From the human T2T-CHM13v2.0 reference genome, Homo sapiens, in the NCBI GenBank assembly GCA_009914755.4, contig CP068257.2:13760001-13824000 (forward strand): a DNA stretch of 64,000 bases. The letters are read 5' to 3'. Positions 12,061 to 27,650 of this stretch are shown one piece after another (position 1 is the first letter of the stretch; each line of letters begins with the position of its first letter). Both the position numbers and the translations under genes were made by a program. The notes under the pieces are model-generated. The model was not told the origin of the DNA, made no database searches, and saw nothing but the letters and a program-made list of their open reading frames with translations.

Positions 12061-15000
12061 TCTCTCAACTGTTAAAGTCAGAAAACAAAAATAACACCCT
12101 TCTATATACACTTATTTTAAAAATGCATTTAAGTTGTGATATTATGTAAAATGAGGGGACCAAAGAGTATGGTATAAAATGTGTTTTTATTTCAAATATG
12201 AGTTGTGTTAATAAAAACAAACAAATGCAGCAAAATACTGTGGTTCTTTGCCAAGACAGTCACTTTTCTTTCCTAATACATTTTGATGAATCAGGAAAGA
12301 CCTCAGAGACGAGAGACACTTTCTTTGTACATGTCCCACAAGCACAGTTCCAGGATTTTGGCACTAAGTAAACAAATAAAAATATGCAACAGACATAAGA
12401 GATAATAGTAATGTGTATTGAGAAATATAATTTTATATAGTTGTTCCTTTTTCCCAAGATTCTTTATTAATATCACCAATAGTTATTACTAGAAAACACT
12501 TTCAGAGCTAGAAAGTTGCCAGAAACATTTCTAATTGACTACTGTTATAATTAATATTTTGAAATGCTGAGACATTTGCTAGGGTGGACAGCTCCTTCAA
12601 AACCCGGCCGTTATCTGACGAAAGAGCCTAGGCTCAAATAAGAATTAAACACAAGTTGGAAGTAAGGTGAGGCACAGTGGAATTTTTTTAGGATGGATAT
12701 AGTTTTCAATAACCTTAATTTGGAATTTTTCCTTTGGGATAATGACTTTGAGTCTATAGAAATATTGTATGCATTATAGACGAATTGATTTTTTAACTAA
12801 ATTCTGAAAGGCTTAAGTAAAATGATTTGATGATCAAGTCAGATGCATTTCTAAGGAAGTGAGGATCACATTAGACAGAAAGTTTGGGTTTGGTGTATAA
12901 TAATTGAAATAAAGACTCTGATAAGATGTATCAATGTCTTGTGTTTAATGATCTCAGGAAGTAGGAATGATATTAGCAGGCAATGTAACACTAGCATAGA
13001 GCACTGAAGACAAGATTAAATCTGACTTCATGTAGGTGAACAAAAAACATATGGAAAGCAAAAAGCTGAGTACAAGGATAAAGGAAAGAATATGAAGGAA
13101 TAAACCTCAATAGAAATTGGTTTAATTTAATTTGGGAAAAATCTGCTTCATAATAGGGAAATAAGTGGGACCAAGGAAGAATATATTTCCCAATCATCTG
13201 ACATCATGATCTTTCTCAGCCTAATATCTATGCTGAATTCATGTATTGATTTAGATCATACAATTTAGGCTGACCTTCAAAGTTTGGTCCTAATCTAATC
13301 CTCCAGTGATAGTTCCCCAAACTCCCCATCATTCCAAGCAATTCATTCTATGTATCCTCAAAACACACAAGGGACCTCCACATATAGTGGTATGTATTGA
13401 TTGGCTGAGTATTAGCTGATACTTGAACACTTCTTCCAGCATCAGCTTCCCACTTCCTCAGACCCTGGATCCTAGCACTCTATCACATTGTTTTAAGATC
13501 CCCTTTGTATTCAGGCAACCCTCTTGGGTGGAGGCTCTTTCAGGATGGCTCAAGAACAGCTTCATTTGCCCCATGGGGAAACTGAGCCTGTTATTGTAAG
13601 CGTAGCTCCCTTTCTAGGACTTGTGTCATCTTGCTGCACCATGAGGAAGGCAGCTTTAGTGACTTCTGTCACCTTTAAATTTCTCAAACTTGTGTCTGGC
13701 CCCATTCTTTATTTCTATGCATTTCCCTGGGCATAAGAACACAAGTCGAACTCTCTCTTCAAAGCTTAGACTTGGTTGGAGGAGGTGGGAGAATGGTGTT
13801 CAGCAACTATATATGGCAGAGGCTATGGGGTTATCCCTTTCTCCGCAACAATTCTCTTTTCCTGGTTGGCTCCCCATGCTGGCAGAACCAGTTTCACTCC
13901 CATAACATGTGCTTTGCAGGGAGTCTGCTCCTTCAGCTTACTTGGGGATGTGAAAGTCACCATTTACTCTCAGCCTTTGATGCCTCAGACAAAATTGAGT
14001 TTAATGTTATTTGAACATATTATTTTTATATAATATTAGAAGTAGAAAGACTCTTTGGAGTTCTCTAATGCATCTCTTTCCAAAAAAAAAATTTTATTAT
14101 GTTAGTCCTTCAACCTTGACTTAAGTATATTAATTGCAGTTGAGTTCATCACTTTGGAGATAGCCAGCTTTAGCAAAATACCGCACATGGCTAGATTTTC
14201 CTTATATTAAGATACCATTTTTTGCTATAATTTTGCCTTATCTATTTTAGTTCTGTCCTCAAGAGCAAACACAGAATTTTTGGCATAAGATTGTCTCAGA
14301 ACATACTGCTGTGTAAAGGTGGCTGAGTAGTCAGCTGGGAGAAAATGGCAGGAATGGGAAGAAGTGACTTTAACTGAATCCAGGGGAAGATAATGGCCAA
14401 GAATCAGAATCAGATGCAAACACAGATATGGCAAAGACTACCCATTTGCAAGCAGGAATTAGGGATGAAAGGAAGATTAATTTTTTGTGAGTATGTTTGT
14501 ATGTATTAATGGACTGCTTAGTTCAGTGTCAATAACATGTGAATGTAGCTGTGGATATAGAGATAGGAGGCCATAGTAGCAGCACATCTAATGGAAGTCT
14601 TCAAAAATGAGTTAGGTTGACTTACAGCATTATGTACTTGGGTTGGAGAGGGGATACACATAGCTCAAAAAGTTAAAAACAAATCAGTTAAAATATTTTA
14701 TATGGCAATGTTTCTTTAGGCATTTAATGAATAATCACATCTTCCTCTAACAAAAATTAAAAAAGGAGCTTAAGGGGGCTGACCTGGACATAATGGTGGG
14801 GTGTGAGTGACAGTCAGCATTCTGGAAAGCCAAAACATTTAGGGAAACAGCCCTGCTGTGATCCCAAGAGTATAGCAGGCGGTTGAGGTTAAAAACCAAT
14901 TAATGAGGTTCAAATGGAGTGCTAAATAGCAAGAGGATTTAAAGCCAAATTTGGGGAGCTGGAACAGCCAGAAGATTGAGGAGCTGGAAATAACAGGTCA

Positions 15001-17639
15001 GGTGGCAAAGCCTGAGAGTGTTAGGCAAATATTTGAGATGAGTTCGTTATTTATAATTTGATTCCATGCTCTTTGCACCATGATGTGTGAGTGAACCAGT
15101 TAGATTTAAAGGGCTGTGGATGGAGCTCAGTGATGAACTGGCTTCACTGGGTCATTTCATTCACCTGTGGCTTGAAGTTATAGGGACAGAAAATGTGTAA
15201 AATTGGAGGGAGTAACCCCATTGTCCTTGATATATATGATGCTTTCCTGGTTGGTTGCTCCTACTTGGTGAAGACATAAAATGCCTTGAAACCTGATCTA
15301 ATCCCTCAAAGTCTGAATTTCTAGGTCTGCTTCAGCTCTCGTAAGAAGCAGCAGTCTAGGTGGCCAAAAGTAGTCTTGATCATTAAAAGTCCAGCTCTAA
15401 CATTAGTCAACTGACTTTCCCCAGTATTATTTCCTGAAGACATCAATCCTGGAAAGGGATTCCCTACTTCCTTTAAAATGAGAAGCCTTTGTTTATGTAA
15501 GGTAGAGTACACTGGCACCACAGTAAATATCAACCCAGTTTTTAAATGCCAGAAGTTTACAGATGTGACTGGGACTGGGGAAGCACTTCCCTTTCCCAAG
15601 GAGATTGTTTCTATCATCAAGGTAGAAAAATGAAGAACAAGTTAGGAGTAATCAACAGTGGACCCCAAAAATTACTGCATATTTCTAATCATCTTCAGGG
15701 ACATTTCACCAATATTTAGTCCAGTATTATGCCCTTGTGTTGGCAGGACAAAATATGGCCTAGGAATTCCATTCAGGTTCTTAAACACACATTTCTTAGG
15801 ACTGGGTCTGGGGTGATGCTCTTGCTTGTGTCTGAGGTTCTTGTAAGGCTAGATTCATTAAACAGATCAGGATTTTTGTCTAGACAAGTGATGATGAGCC
15901 CTTGCTCTAAGGCACCTTGCAGGAGGAAGGACACCAGCCTAATGGCATTCAGAGTTGTTAAGGGATGTCTGGGTGTCTGCCTGCCTTCCATCTGATGCCC
16001 TTTCAGATCCAGACAAGGTTGTAGGTGCCCCGAATACCCAATAATTCATTCACCAGAGAAGCAAGAAGAGGCCATAGCACCTGGATAATGAGTCTTGCTT
16101 AGCTTGGTCTAAGGGAATGGGGAAGATAGGAAGAAGAAAAGTTCTCCTTCAGGAAGGTAATGATTTTTGTGGGGAAATCGTAACCAGTACCATGTGGCCC
16201 AGGCAGGGTCCAAAGATGGTTAGTCTGAGTGTGGCAGTCTGGGCTCAGGTCACTGAGGGAGGATGGCTGCTTTGAAGCAGTGGGGCTTGTGTGTAACCGG
16301 TGCATAGATGGCTGATGGCAGAGGTGAGGAATGACTTTGGGGTGAGCAGAGAGAAAGCATCTGAAAGGTGGAGGAGCATCCCACCAGTTTCAAACAGTGG
16401 GGGTCTAGCACACGACTGTAGCTGCCAAGGAGGCTGAAAGTGATAGCGAGAGTTCTGCATGAGCCCCTCAGTACAGAAGAGAACTGACGAAGGAACCGGG
16501 ACTCCAGCAGCAACACTGCTGGAGGTCACAGCAACCAGAGAGGACAGTGGCCTTTTACCATCGGGAGTTATCTCAGTTCTTTTTTTTTTTTTTTTTCTGT
16601 ATATAAACTTCCATGCTATTAGCAGGTGGATATGTTTCATTAAAAAAAAAATAGTGCTTAACCTAAGCTTATTAGTTATCTGTCTTGTTGGAACACTTAG
16701 TTTATATACAGGATTTTTTCCATGCCTCCCTCAATAGTCCTACTTGCTTCTCTGTTTTCTCACCTTTGTACTCGGAGATTCATTTTAGGCAAGATTTCAG
16801 TTTGCGTGAAAGAATGCCAATCTCTGTCTTCTTCGCCAAGGGAAGCCTGGCCAAATTGCTATCAGTTTTGAAAAACCAAAGATAAATGTATGTGTCTTAA
16901 AGGTCTAATTGTATCATTTCCCTCTTTATACTTTGATTACTTTGACAGATGGGACCTTCACAATATATTCATTGTTCAGCTGGAAACCCTGGGAAGCAGT
17001 AATCTGAGCTCCTTGTCCTGAGGCCACTTGGTGGCCATCTCCATCCAATGTTGTCTGTGGACCCCAACAGAGGGGTAGGTAAAGAGTTATTAAGTCACTT
17101 GAAATTGCTTTTCGTGCACTGAAAAGTGGTTGGGCCATTTCAGGCCATAGCAGTGTGGCAGAATGCCCAACTGCCTACGTCAAGCAGTGTTTATAAATTA
17201 GAAATTACCAGCCATTTGGTTCTTTGCTGATCAGTCAGAGTCCCTGGAAGACTGTGCCGACGTGCCTGGGGCAGAGTTGTTACTGGACCAAACAAAGCAT
17301 AGCTCTTGGTTAATCAGTCATGATTTGTCTACCTGGCGGTGTAGATTGGAATATTTGGAAGAGATTTGGAAATATACATCTTTTCAATTGCAGTGCTATG
17401 TGGCTAATTATTCCAGCTAAAAGCAACAACTAAAACGGTTTTTTGTTAGTTTTCTTGCCTAGCATAGAAAACTGGCTATAAAATTCAATTCAGTATAATT
17501 TGCTCTAGATGTATTTCACTCAACTAGTTAACAAAGGTTTATTAACAGGAGGTACCGTGTGTCACACATGAAGCATGATAAGACTAGTCCTCCCACACCA
17601 TTTTTTTCTTGAGTCACTACATGAAGCTATATTAGTCAT

Positions 17640-17800
17640 TTAATATATTAAAGGATTCACTTCACAACTCTAGGAGGAAGGTATGGCTAATGACCCCATT
17701 TTGCAGCTGAACAAACTGAATTTCAGAGAATTAAGCAAGTTTCCTAAGGGCCCCACAGCTAGAAAACCATGGAGCTGTAATCATGAATGCAGCAGACTGA
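17640..17800 (-). mobile_element. MIR SINE fragment
   Basis: accccattttgcagctgaacaaactgaatttcagagaattaagcaagtttcctaagggccccacagctagaaaaccatggagctg resembles the antisense MIR core (ccccattttacagatgaggaaactgaggc...aagtaacttgcccaaggtcacacagctag). Confidence 0.5.
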
Positions 17801-20370
17801 AATCATTCTTGCCTTTTAGTTGGTGACCTCAACCACCCCAGAATCTCCTTAGAGTTTCTGATAATCTCCTGACCAGGTCCAGGTGATCCCTACAATGCTC
17901 ATCTTTTCCTTTCTGGGCAGCCTGGAGCAATTCTCAGCCTGTAGTAATTATTGCTGACCAGCTGACTCCTATCCCCAGACCAGCCCAGCAACCCCCTGCC
18001 AGTCCCCCTCAAAAGCCATAGTCCAGGCTGAGGTCAGGCCACCTTTCTTAGTTCCTGTCTCTTGAAAATCAGTCCTGCCATGACTTGGCTGCCCACTTCA
18101 CAGAACGATGGCAGGCCACGATCATTGCTTTAGGGTACTTGGAGACTGGGAAGAATAAAATGAGAGGAGAGAAAATGTTTGGACCAAAGGAAAAATGGAT
18201 AGAACGAAACAGTAAAATAGACTTGAAATTAAATGCACCCAATTGAACATATATGCTTATCTCCCAAAATCCCCCAAATGGTAAGAACATAGAGACAAAG
18301 AGCAGACAAAACAGCAGATGAGTCATCACCAAATGGTAACTCACACAGATTTGAACTTTCTGGGAATGTACACGCCTAATGAAAAGAAGCCAAAAACAGA
18401 CCACAAAACCTTGAAAACACTCAGGGACTAGAAGCACCAGGTAGCTCAGAAAGAGGAGTGTGGGAGGCTGCTGACCCAGATGAATGGAATGAAACATTGT
18501 AGGGAACAGTTATATCCTCAGATGCCTTCTCTCATCCCACAAAGCTGAGCAGCTGTCCGTCCTTGACTCTGGGAGAAAGGCGTTATCATCAAGATTTCCA
18601 TAAGTGGACAGAAGACACACTGACCATGAAAGGAAGGCCAGCACTGGGTGATCATTTTCATTCTAAATGGTGAGACATCTGATCCACTCTTTCTCTTTCC
18701 TTCCCCTGGAAGATTCAGATTGAAGGATGCTAGCTTTATATCCTGACTGGCAGGAGAATGGAGGACCAACTTTAGCAGAATTTATTAGTCCTAGAGAAAA
18801 CAGTTGCAGACAACAAGGCTGGTCTCTCGTAGCTTACTACCAGTTCTCAAAGCCATACTCTGAAGTGGAGTAACATCCAATTATTTGAGACATGCGGCTA
18901 TTATTAAATAAAAAATCCAAAACAGAAAAAAATGAACTTACATGAAACAGGATAAATGAAAAAATAAACTTTAAAACTTTAATTAATTTAATCAGATAGT
19001 TAAGAAGTTGCATTTTTTAAACAACAGAAGATAATTTAGGACATCTCTTGAGTAGGAGGATAACTATTCAAAAGAAACTGAAATTGAAAATAAGTGAGAA
19101 AAGGTAAGAAAATTAGAGAGTCAAATCTGATATCCAACAGACAGATCGTAGGAGCACTATAAATTGAGAAGATAGAAAATGAAGGGTAGGAAATAGGAAA
19201 TAATAAAAGAAAATTTTATAGCACTCCAGACACGAGTTTTAAGATAGTTCTTGCATATAGCTAGAGCTTGATAAATGTCTGCAGCACAAATTCTAAAGAG
19301 TTTACTTGCAGGCATTGCAGTGAATGAAAAGAATCCTCAGTGGGAAAGCCTGAGACAATGAGAGTACCTTAAAAGCTTGCAGAGAAAGATTAGCATTAAA
19401 ATGGCTTCGGAATTACTGATAGCCTCCCTGGAAGCTAGAATTCAGTGGAGAAAACCTGTGAAATTTGAGGGAACATAATTAACAACACAAAATCCTATAT
19501 CAATCCAAATTATAAATCAATTATGTGGGTAAAATAAAGACATCTTTAGACATGCAGAAAAATTTCAAAACAATCATCCATCCCTCCGCCTATTCCCAGG
19601 CATGCTGACTTTCCTGGGAGGATACTGATGTATGTGTTCCCAAAATCAAAGCCTCCAAATCAAAAAAGACAAATGATTCAGGAACTGGGACCCAACAGGG
19701 AAGAAAAGCTAAGGGAATTCCCAGGATGAAGATGAAGGAAAGTCCCAGGAAAATAACTACACTGAGGCCAGCAGAGCAATCAGTTCAGATCAGAATAGAA
19801 ACCAGATGGTTCCAGGAGGGGTATCACCAAGAAAACCATAAAACCAGTCTGAATGACTACATTTATAAGGCTTACAGTTCAGTCAGACAGATTATAGACA
19901 CATTAATTATAGACACAAGCAAATAAATGAGGCAATTATTAAATCCAGGAAAAATAAAAAGTTATACAAGAAAAGAAATATTAGCATGTTTTCTACAAGA
20001 CTTGATATAAACAAAAATCTAACTTAAACATAACCACGCAGACACCAAATCTTGACTTTAAGATGTACCAAGGAACTACCATGGAAGGATAAAGTATGTG
20101 TGTTAGCATTGGCGTAAGACAGCTAAATCCTAGTCTTTGTTAGAAGGAAGTAAAAAGACAACTTACAAAATTGAAAAAGCTCTAAAAGCAATAGATGCAT
20201 TTTATTTGGAAACATGAAGTTAAAGGGCAGAAGAGACAAGCAAGCAAAGCAATAAAAAATGACCAATCTGAGGCACAGGACTAGTGGGTAAGAAGTTTGG
20301 AGTAAGGCACTATTCTTTTTACTTAAAGGAGTTGTGTCACTTGGCTTTCTAAACAAGGCCCATAATTGGA

Positions 20371-20482
20371 AATAAAAGACAAGGAAGAAAGACAAAAAAG
20401 AAAAAAAGAACAAGAGAGGAAGAGGCAGGGACGGAGAGAGAAAGGTGAAGGAATGGAAAGGGAGGGAAGGAATATAACATAT
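20371..20482. repeat. polypurine tract (~110 bp, >90% A/G on + strand)
   Basis: aataaaagacaaggaagaaagacaaaaaagaaaaaaagaacaagagaggaagaggcagggacggagagagaaaggtgaaggaatggaaagggagggaaggaa. Confidence 0.85.
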
Positions 20483-22649
20483 CACTAGAAAAGTATTCAG
20501 TGAACTGGTACTGGATGCTTTGCGTTCTCAGTGGATGAAGGAACGGCTATGCCAGGACAATCAGGGCAGGATCTTATAAAGGAGGTGAAACTGAAAGGAC
20601 AGGTATGGTTTAGACAAGTGGTGAGGACTGTGGAGGGGAGGGTTTATGTAACCCAAAGGCACCATATGAAGTAGTCACTAAGGTAGGTTTACAGGCAGTG
20701 TGTTTAAGGCCTCTAGGAGTCCATAGAATGATACCTTTGCTGGGGCCCAGTCCTCCAAAGTATGGCACTGCAGCATGCTGAGCACTTTGAACTACAGGAA
20801 ATTAAAAGGCCTTAGAAGCAGACTCAGAAACAGGGACTTTCTGATCTTCTCGTTTCTCCTCCTCACCAAGGACAGATAGATAGAAAGTATATCTATTACA
20901 GAGAGAGCTTCTCTCTGGAAGTTCTCTAGTATGGCTGTAGAAACTTCTTCCAAAAGAAACGCAATTATCTTAAAACCCCCTCCCTAGGAATCTCATCAAA
21001 TAAGCAAAGAAGATTAAGCGCAGAGAAAAGACAATGCTGTCACCATGCCCATGCCAAACACTTTTCATCTATTCTTCTGAGACTAGCTCTGAGAAGTTAC
21101 CTGGGAGATTTTACCTATGTAAGAAGACAACCTTTGCTCACTGTGGAGTTCTGTCCCTCACTTTTCTGCAATTTGTTGGAACATCCTTCAGAGATCAGAG
21201 AAGCTTTGTTCTAGGACATTGGCTGTTCTTGGGACTCATTCAATCTCCCTGAAAGTCACTTACTACCCCTTAAAATTACCTACATTTCTCATTTCTCTCT
21301 TCCCTATGAAGAGAGTATTTAAGCTTCAACCACCTTGCCCTTCTTTGAGTTTCATATTTTGTATGGTTCCCGTAAACACTTACATGTTAATAAATTTGTG
21401 TGCTTTTCCTCTTGTAAATCCATTGTCAGTTTATTTTAGCAGACTTGAAACTTCAGAGGGGGAGGAAAAAATTCCCATCATCCCTACAACTTCGTTTGAA
21501 ATGAAAAGACATCTCTAAGATTTGGTAGTTTTTTAAGCTGGGTAATGGTATAGGGCAGCTCTATCTTTACGATGTTAAAATTTTGCTAGTTAAAAAAACA
21601 AAAAACTAAATGGTACATTCTTGAAGTAGATGCAGGCCCACCCCATAGGCAAAAGACTTGTGAACAGATGATGGGCATGTGCAGATTTGAATGGTATCGC
21701 TTCTTCCTGGGGGACATAATACCATTTGCCAGGACACATGAGTTGGTAAGCAGAGTGTGAGCAGAATTTCAGTCTTCTCTTAATCCCTTGGCGGAGTAAT
21801 CTCAAAGTCCCTGTTTTGGGTCCGTGATTCATGCCCTCCTGAGCCTGACCGTGGAAGGATCAGAAAGCATAGCCAGCGAGTAAGCAACAACGGGGATGTA
21901 TCTGCCCATTCCCTTCCTGCTACGAGCTTTCGGACATAACACAGAATTGAGCTGTCAGAGAAGAGGAGGACTAAATAGGCATGGGTCTGGAGTTCTGATT
22001 ATGACTCTGTACTAGATATTTCAGTTGATAAAATGAGATCTTATTTGTAACTCAGAGTGACTGGATGAATTTTTATTGTGTGAATTCTTGAGATTTAATC
22101 CAAGCAGTAGGAAAAGACGAGTTTGCAGGCAGGTTTAAGTGGGCAAATGGGCACTGAACACAAAATCAAAGTTATTTTCTGTGTCTAGCTGGTGCATTAA
22201 AATAATTGTGAAATGATTCTATTATGTTAATGAAAGTGTATCTATTACTATCAGTTAGATCGAAAACAGATAAATCAGACACTGTCTATTACTGTATCTG
22301 CTAGACATTATGCCTTAATACTTCAATATTAGCCAGAGTAATAGTTCCACAATCCCACATGCCTAGAGAGCAATTCAGAAGAGGCTACAAAAATTTAACA
22401 TGATAAATAGTGAATGTCAAATAATTTTGTAATGGTATCAAATCACTTTGACAGACTTAACTTTATTTTGAGTTTATCTCAATCTAGTTTCACTTAAGTT
22501 GAAAAGTAGTTTGTTTTCTACATTGGGATGTTTCAAATACATATATACATGCATTTTTAGAATACCTGTAGTTTCAAAAATACCTCAGAAACGGAATGAG
22601 CTTTGGAATTTCCATCACCTTCTGACAATGGTGCATAGAACCCTGTATG

Positions 22650-24050
<1,401 letters not shown>

Positions 24051-27000
24051 CAGGGGGATGCTGGAGATGTTCAATGCTAAATAAAATGTAGTTTATGACC
24101 TAAATGCATGTATATGACAAGAGATGCCATCACTGGTATGATAAAACCATAAAGAATATTCTGTGCAGAGTTGATCATTTCTTTTAAGGCCAGTTTTCCC
24201 ACCTTCTTGGCTTGGCTAACACTATACCTCTTTCAAGTTTCAGATGAGACAGAATTTTTCTAGAAAGCCCTATGTGCTTTCTCTCACCATCTCATAATGT
24301 CATCTTGAAGTAGTATCATTACTAACCCAATCTTAACAGATGAGGAAGCTGAGGCTCAAAAATGGCAAAAAATTTTCCCAAATTTATACAAGCAATTTAT
24401 TGTGGGGTGAATATTTCAAACCAAGTCTATCTTCAAAGCCAGTGAAGATTTTGGTCTTATTTACTATCTTGGTAATGGGTTTATAACCAGGTGATTATTT
24501 CTGAAAGGAGATGATAACCCTTTAAACTGTACATCACATATCATTTCAGCTGCAAAAAATTAAAAATGTGATTATTCAAGTTCATAAATTATATTTTACG
24601 CATAATCAATTTAACGGTAGAAGCTTTTCAGGAGGCTCATTGGGAAATCATAATGAAAGTGAGACAAGAATTGTCTTTTGGTCTACGTATATTCTGAATG
24701 AGTGCCCCAAAGAAGAGAGCTTCACCTTGCAACTCTCACCACTCTTCTCAGAGGGTGTGTGTCAGAGAATTAAGTATACTGAGGTTGCACATTGACACAA
24801 CACACTTTGAAGAGGATGGTGACTTTTATTATAGATAAGAGGCAAATATTGGGAAATAGAAACATGTCTCTGAAAGTGAAATTCAAAGGCAAAAGAAGAT
24901 TGTATATTAACTGTACTTATATTTGAAAATATAAAGCATGAAATATATAAAAATATAAAAGATATGTCATAATTTTTAAAGATATGAATATAGCTGTATG
25001 AATATCATAAGCAAGAAAAGAAGTTCTATTTGTGAGTCGACCCTCTCAAAATGAGATTGATGATGAATGCCATGTTACTTCAATTGTTAAGTATTCTTCT
25101 GCTATGTCATAATGATAAAAATGTCACAACCATTTAATTATTAATTTCTCATACGATGGGTAAGTTAGATTCAGAAAATGAACTCTTGTGCAGTATGAAC
25201 TCATTCTACCTCACCAAGAAGCTATAAGAAAAGGCTTTTTGTAAGCCTCATACATCCTGTGCATAGCATACAGGATCTAATGTAAACTTCACAATAATTC
25301 TGCAAGGCAAGAAGGATTGTCCCTCTTTTGCAGATTCAGAAACTGGGGCTCAGAAGGATCTTAGAAGTGGCTCCATGTTCACAGCTGGTTAGCTGGCAAA
25401 GAGAGATTCAAGATTTTCAAATTCAAGATTTTCAAATCTTTCAAAAAGAGATTTTAAATAGTGCCCCATTACCCATGCTTTTTCTACTAGGCTGTACCCA
25501 GTCTCAAAATTCCTGGCTTCCAGCCGTTCACTTAAGATACTGGTTTAAGCTGCCTGTAGATAAGAAGATAATGTGTTAAGACACTGAACGCTGACATAGA
25601 GATTTTAGTCCTCTTCAGTAAGAATCAATTTTTCAAAATCTGGAGCAAACTCAAAAGCTCCATTTTTGGATGATACTAGTATAATCACCAAAATTGAGTC
25701 ATCCCTTAAACAGTAATAATTTGCACAATAGTAAACTCCCTTTGTTCTGATGGCCAGTATTTCTTAGGGGTAATACTTCACCCTGCATTCATTGAGAGGC
25801 CATGTGGCATCTCTGTGACTTTTGACACCAAGATCTGACCTTTCTGTGGGCCATCCAGGGCTTAGCCACTGACATCAACCACTCCTTTTACTATACCATT
25901 TCATGTTCTGTGGCTCTTAAACAAGAACAGATAGCATGATGTCCTCTGTTAAAAACCTAAGAAATCAAATTATCCTGTTATTAAACTTGTCCTGACATAA
26001 GTTACATGTTTTTGGTGTGATAGATGTGTGTATGGCGACAGAAAGCCAAGCATAGCTTGCAGTTTCCTGAAAGGATCTGCAGAAAAACTGAAATCTGGGA
26101 GTCATTTTGAAGTCAAGACTGTGGCCATAAATGTACTATTATTTCACTCAGTGGAACTGAGCACCTTCCTCAGGAGAGTCCTAAACAGAAACGGGAGGAC
26201 AGGAAGTGAGCCAGATACTATTCTGAGCTTCACACTTCCCAAAGTCCTCCAGGAAGAATCTCAGCCATTACGACATCATTGTCTCTTGGGACCTCCACAA
26301 TTAGGTACTTTCCTGAGAAAACATCCATGATTCCTTGTTTTCCTGCTTTTTCTGTTTCTTACTATGGTCCTTTGTACATGTGTTTCCCCATTCTTCTGCA
26401 TTAAATGAAGCTTTTGAAAACAGACAATGAGATGTCTTGTCTTTCTCTACAGCACCTCTTCCCACTTCCCCCTTCCCCCAGTCCCACCTGGGCATCCATT
26501 GCTGGTAGGTAGGAGAGAAACTGACCTGCAATATTAAAGGTGAACCAAAGCCCTAGATATCCCAAAAGGGAGCTCTGAAGAGGGAATTACCTGTCAGGTT
26601 TCCCCATGTAGCAGGGTCTTCTTTTTCCCTCACACACACCTTTGCTTATCGCTGGATGCAGGTGCCCTGGAGTGGGTGGGACCTCAGGAGAGGTAGGCTG
26701 CACTCTGTAGCTGAGGTCAACCTCAAGGGGGCACTGGTTGGAGGCTGTCTGCTGACCACATGCCCTGAAGCTGGGCACCACATCTCTCCCTACAGGAGGA
26801 TCTGGGTGGGACATCTAGGTGACCAACACACTTCCCATGTTACTCCACAAAAATGTTCTTCCTTACCATACACATATTGATGATGGCTACTAAAATATCA
26901 CCTTCCAGATATTAATTTTAATGCAAACATTTCTGAGAAGTAACCCTTTAAGCTGGTACCCACTATCAATTTCTTGGTGAAACAGCTTCCTTTCTTTCCC

Positions 27001-27123
27001 ATGAGAAAGTTTTAAAAGGAACAAGAAGGCATTAGGTACAGCAGCCAAAGAGCATGGTGCATTTGGGTGTGTGGGGGCATCAACCAATGCCACTCCTTAG
27101 TGTGGGGCCATTACATTAGTGTA

Positions 27124-27538
27124 ATGTGTTTTGTGTTGCTATAAAGGAATAGCTGAGACTGGTTAGTTTAAGAAGAAAAGGGGTTTATTTAGCTCATGGT
27201 TCTGCAGGCGATATATGCATGGCACCAGCATTAGCTTGGCTTCTGGTGAAGCCCCAGGAAGCTTTTACTTATGGCAGAAGATGAAGAGGGAGCAGGTGTG
27301 TCATCCAGCAAGAGAGGGAGCAAGAGAGAGGAGGAGGTGCCAGGCTGCTTTAAACAATCAGCTCTTGAGTAAACTAATAGAGTGAGAACTCACTCATTGC
27401 CGTGGGGAGGTCACCAGGCCATTCATGAGGGATCCACCCCCATGATCCAAATACCTTCCACTAGGCCCCGCCTCTAACACTGGGGATCACGTTTCCACAT
27501 GAGATTCGGAGGGGACAAACATCCAAACCATATCAGCA
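27124..27538 (-). mobile_element. ERVL-MaLR solo LTR (MST/THE1-related, subfamily uncertain)
   Basis: Reverse complement begins tgctgatatggtttggatgtttgtcccctccgaatctcatgtggaaacgtgatccccagtgttagaggcggggcctagtggaaggtatttggatcatggggg and ends ...ccagtctcagctattcctttatagcaaca. This is the diagnostic MaLR LTR start/end architecture. Confidence 0.6.
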
Positions 27539-27539
27539 A

Positions 27540-27650
27540 TCTCCTCACTTTACAGATGAGGAGACCAAGGTTCCAAGAAGTGAGGTGGCCCAGGCAGAGC
27601 CCTCCAACTGGTGAGGACGGAACACAGTCTCCTCCTCTGAGCTCTTCCCT
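27540..27650 (-). mobile_element. MIR SINE fragment
   Basis: ctcactttacagatgaggagaccaaggttccaagaagtgaggtggcccaggcagagc resembles the antisense MIR core. Confidence 0.4.

Noticed and set aside
18069-18497. 142-aa minus-strand ORF
   Set aside because: Highly hydrophobic low-complexity translation of the T-rich antisense of an A-rich, probably ancient-LINE, segment. Such ORFs are expected by composition alone.
20123-20485. 120-aa minus-strand ORF
   Set aside because: It is the antisense of the polypurine tract (poly-Leu/Phe/Ser). A compositional artefact.
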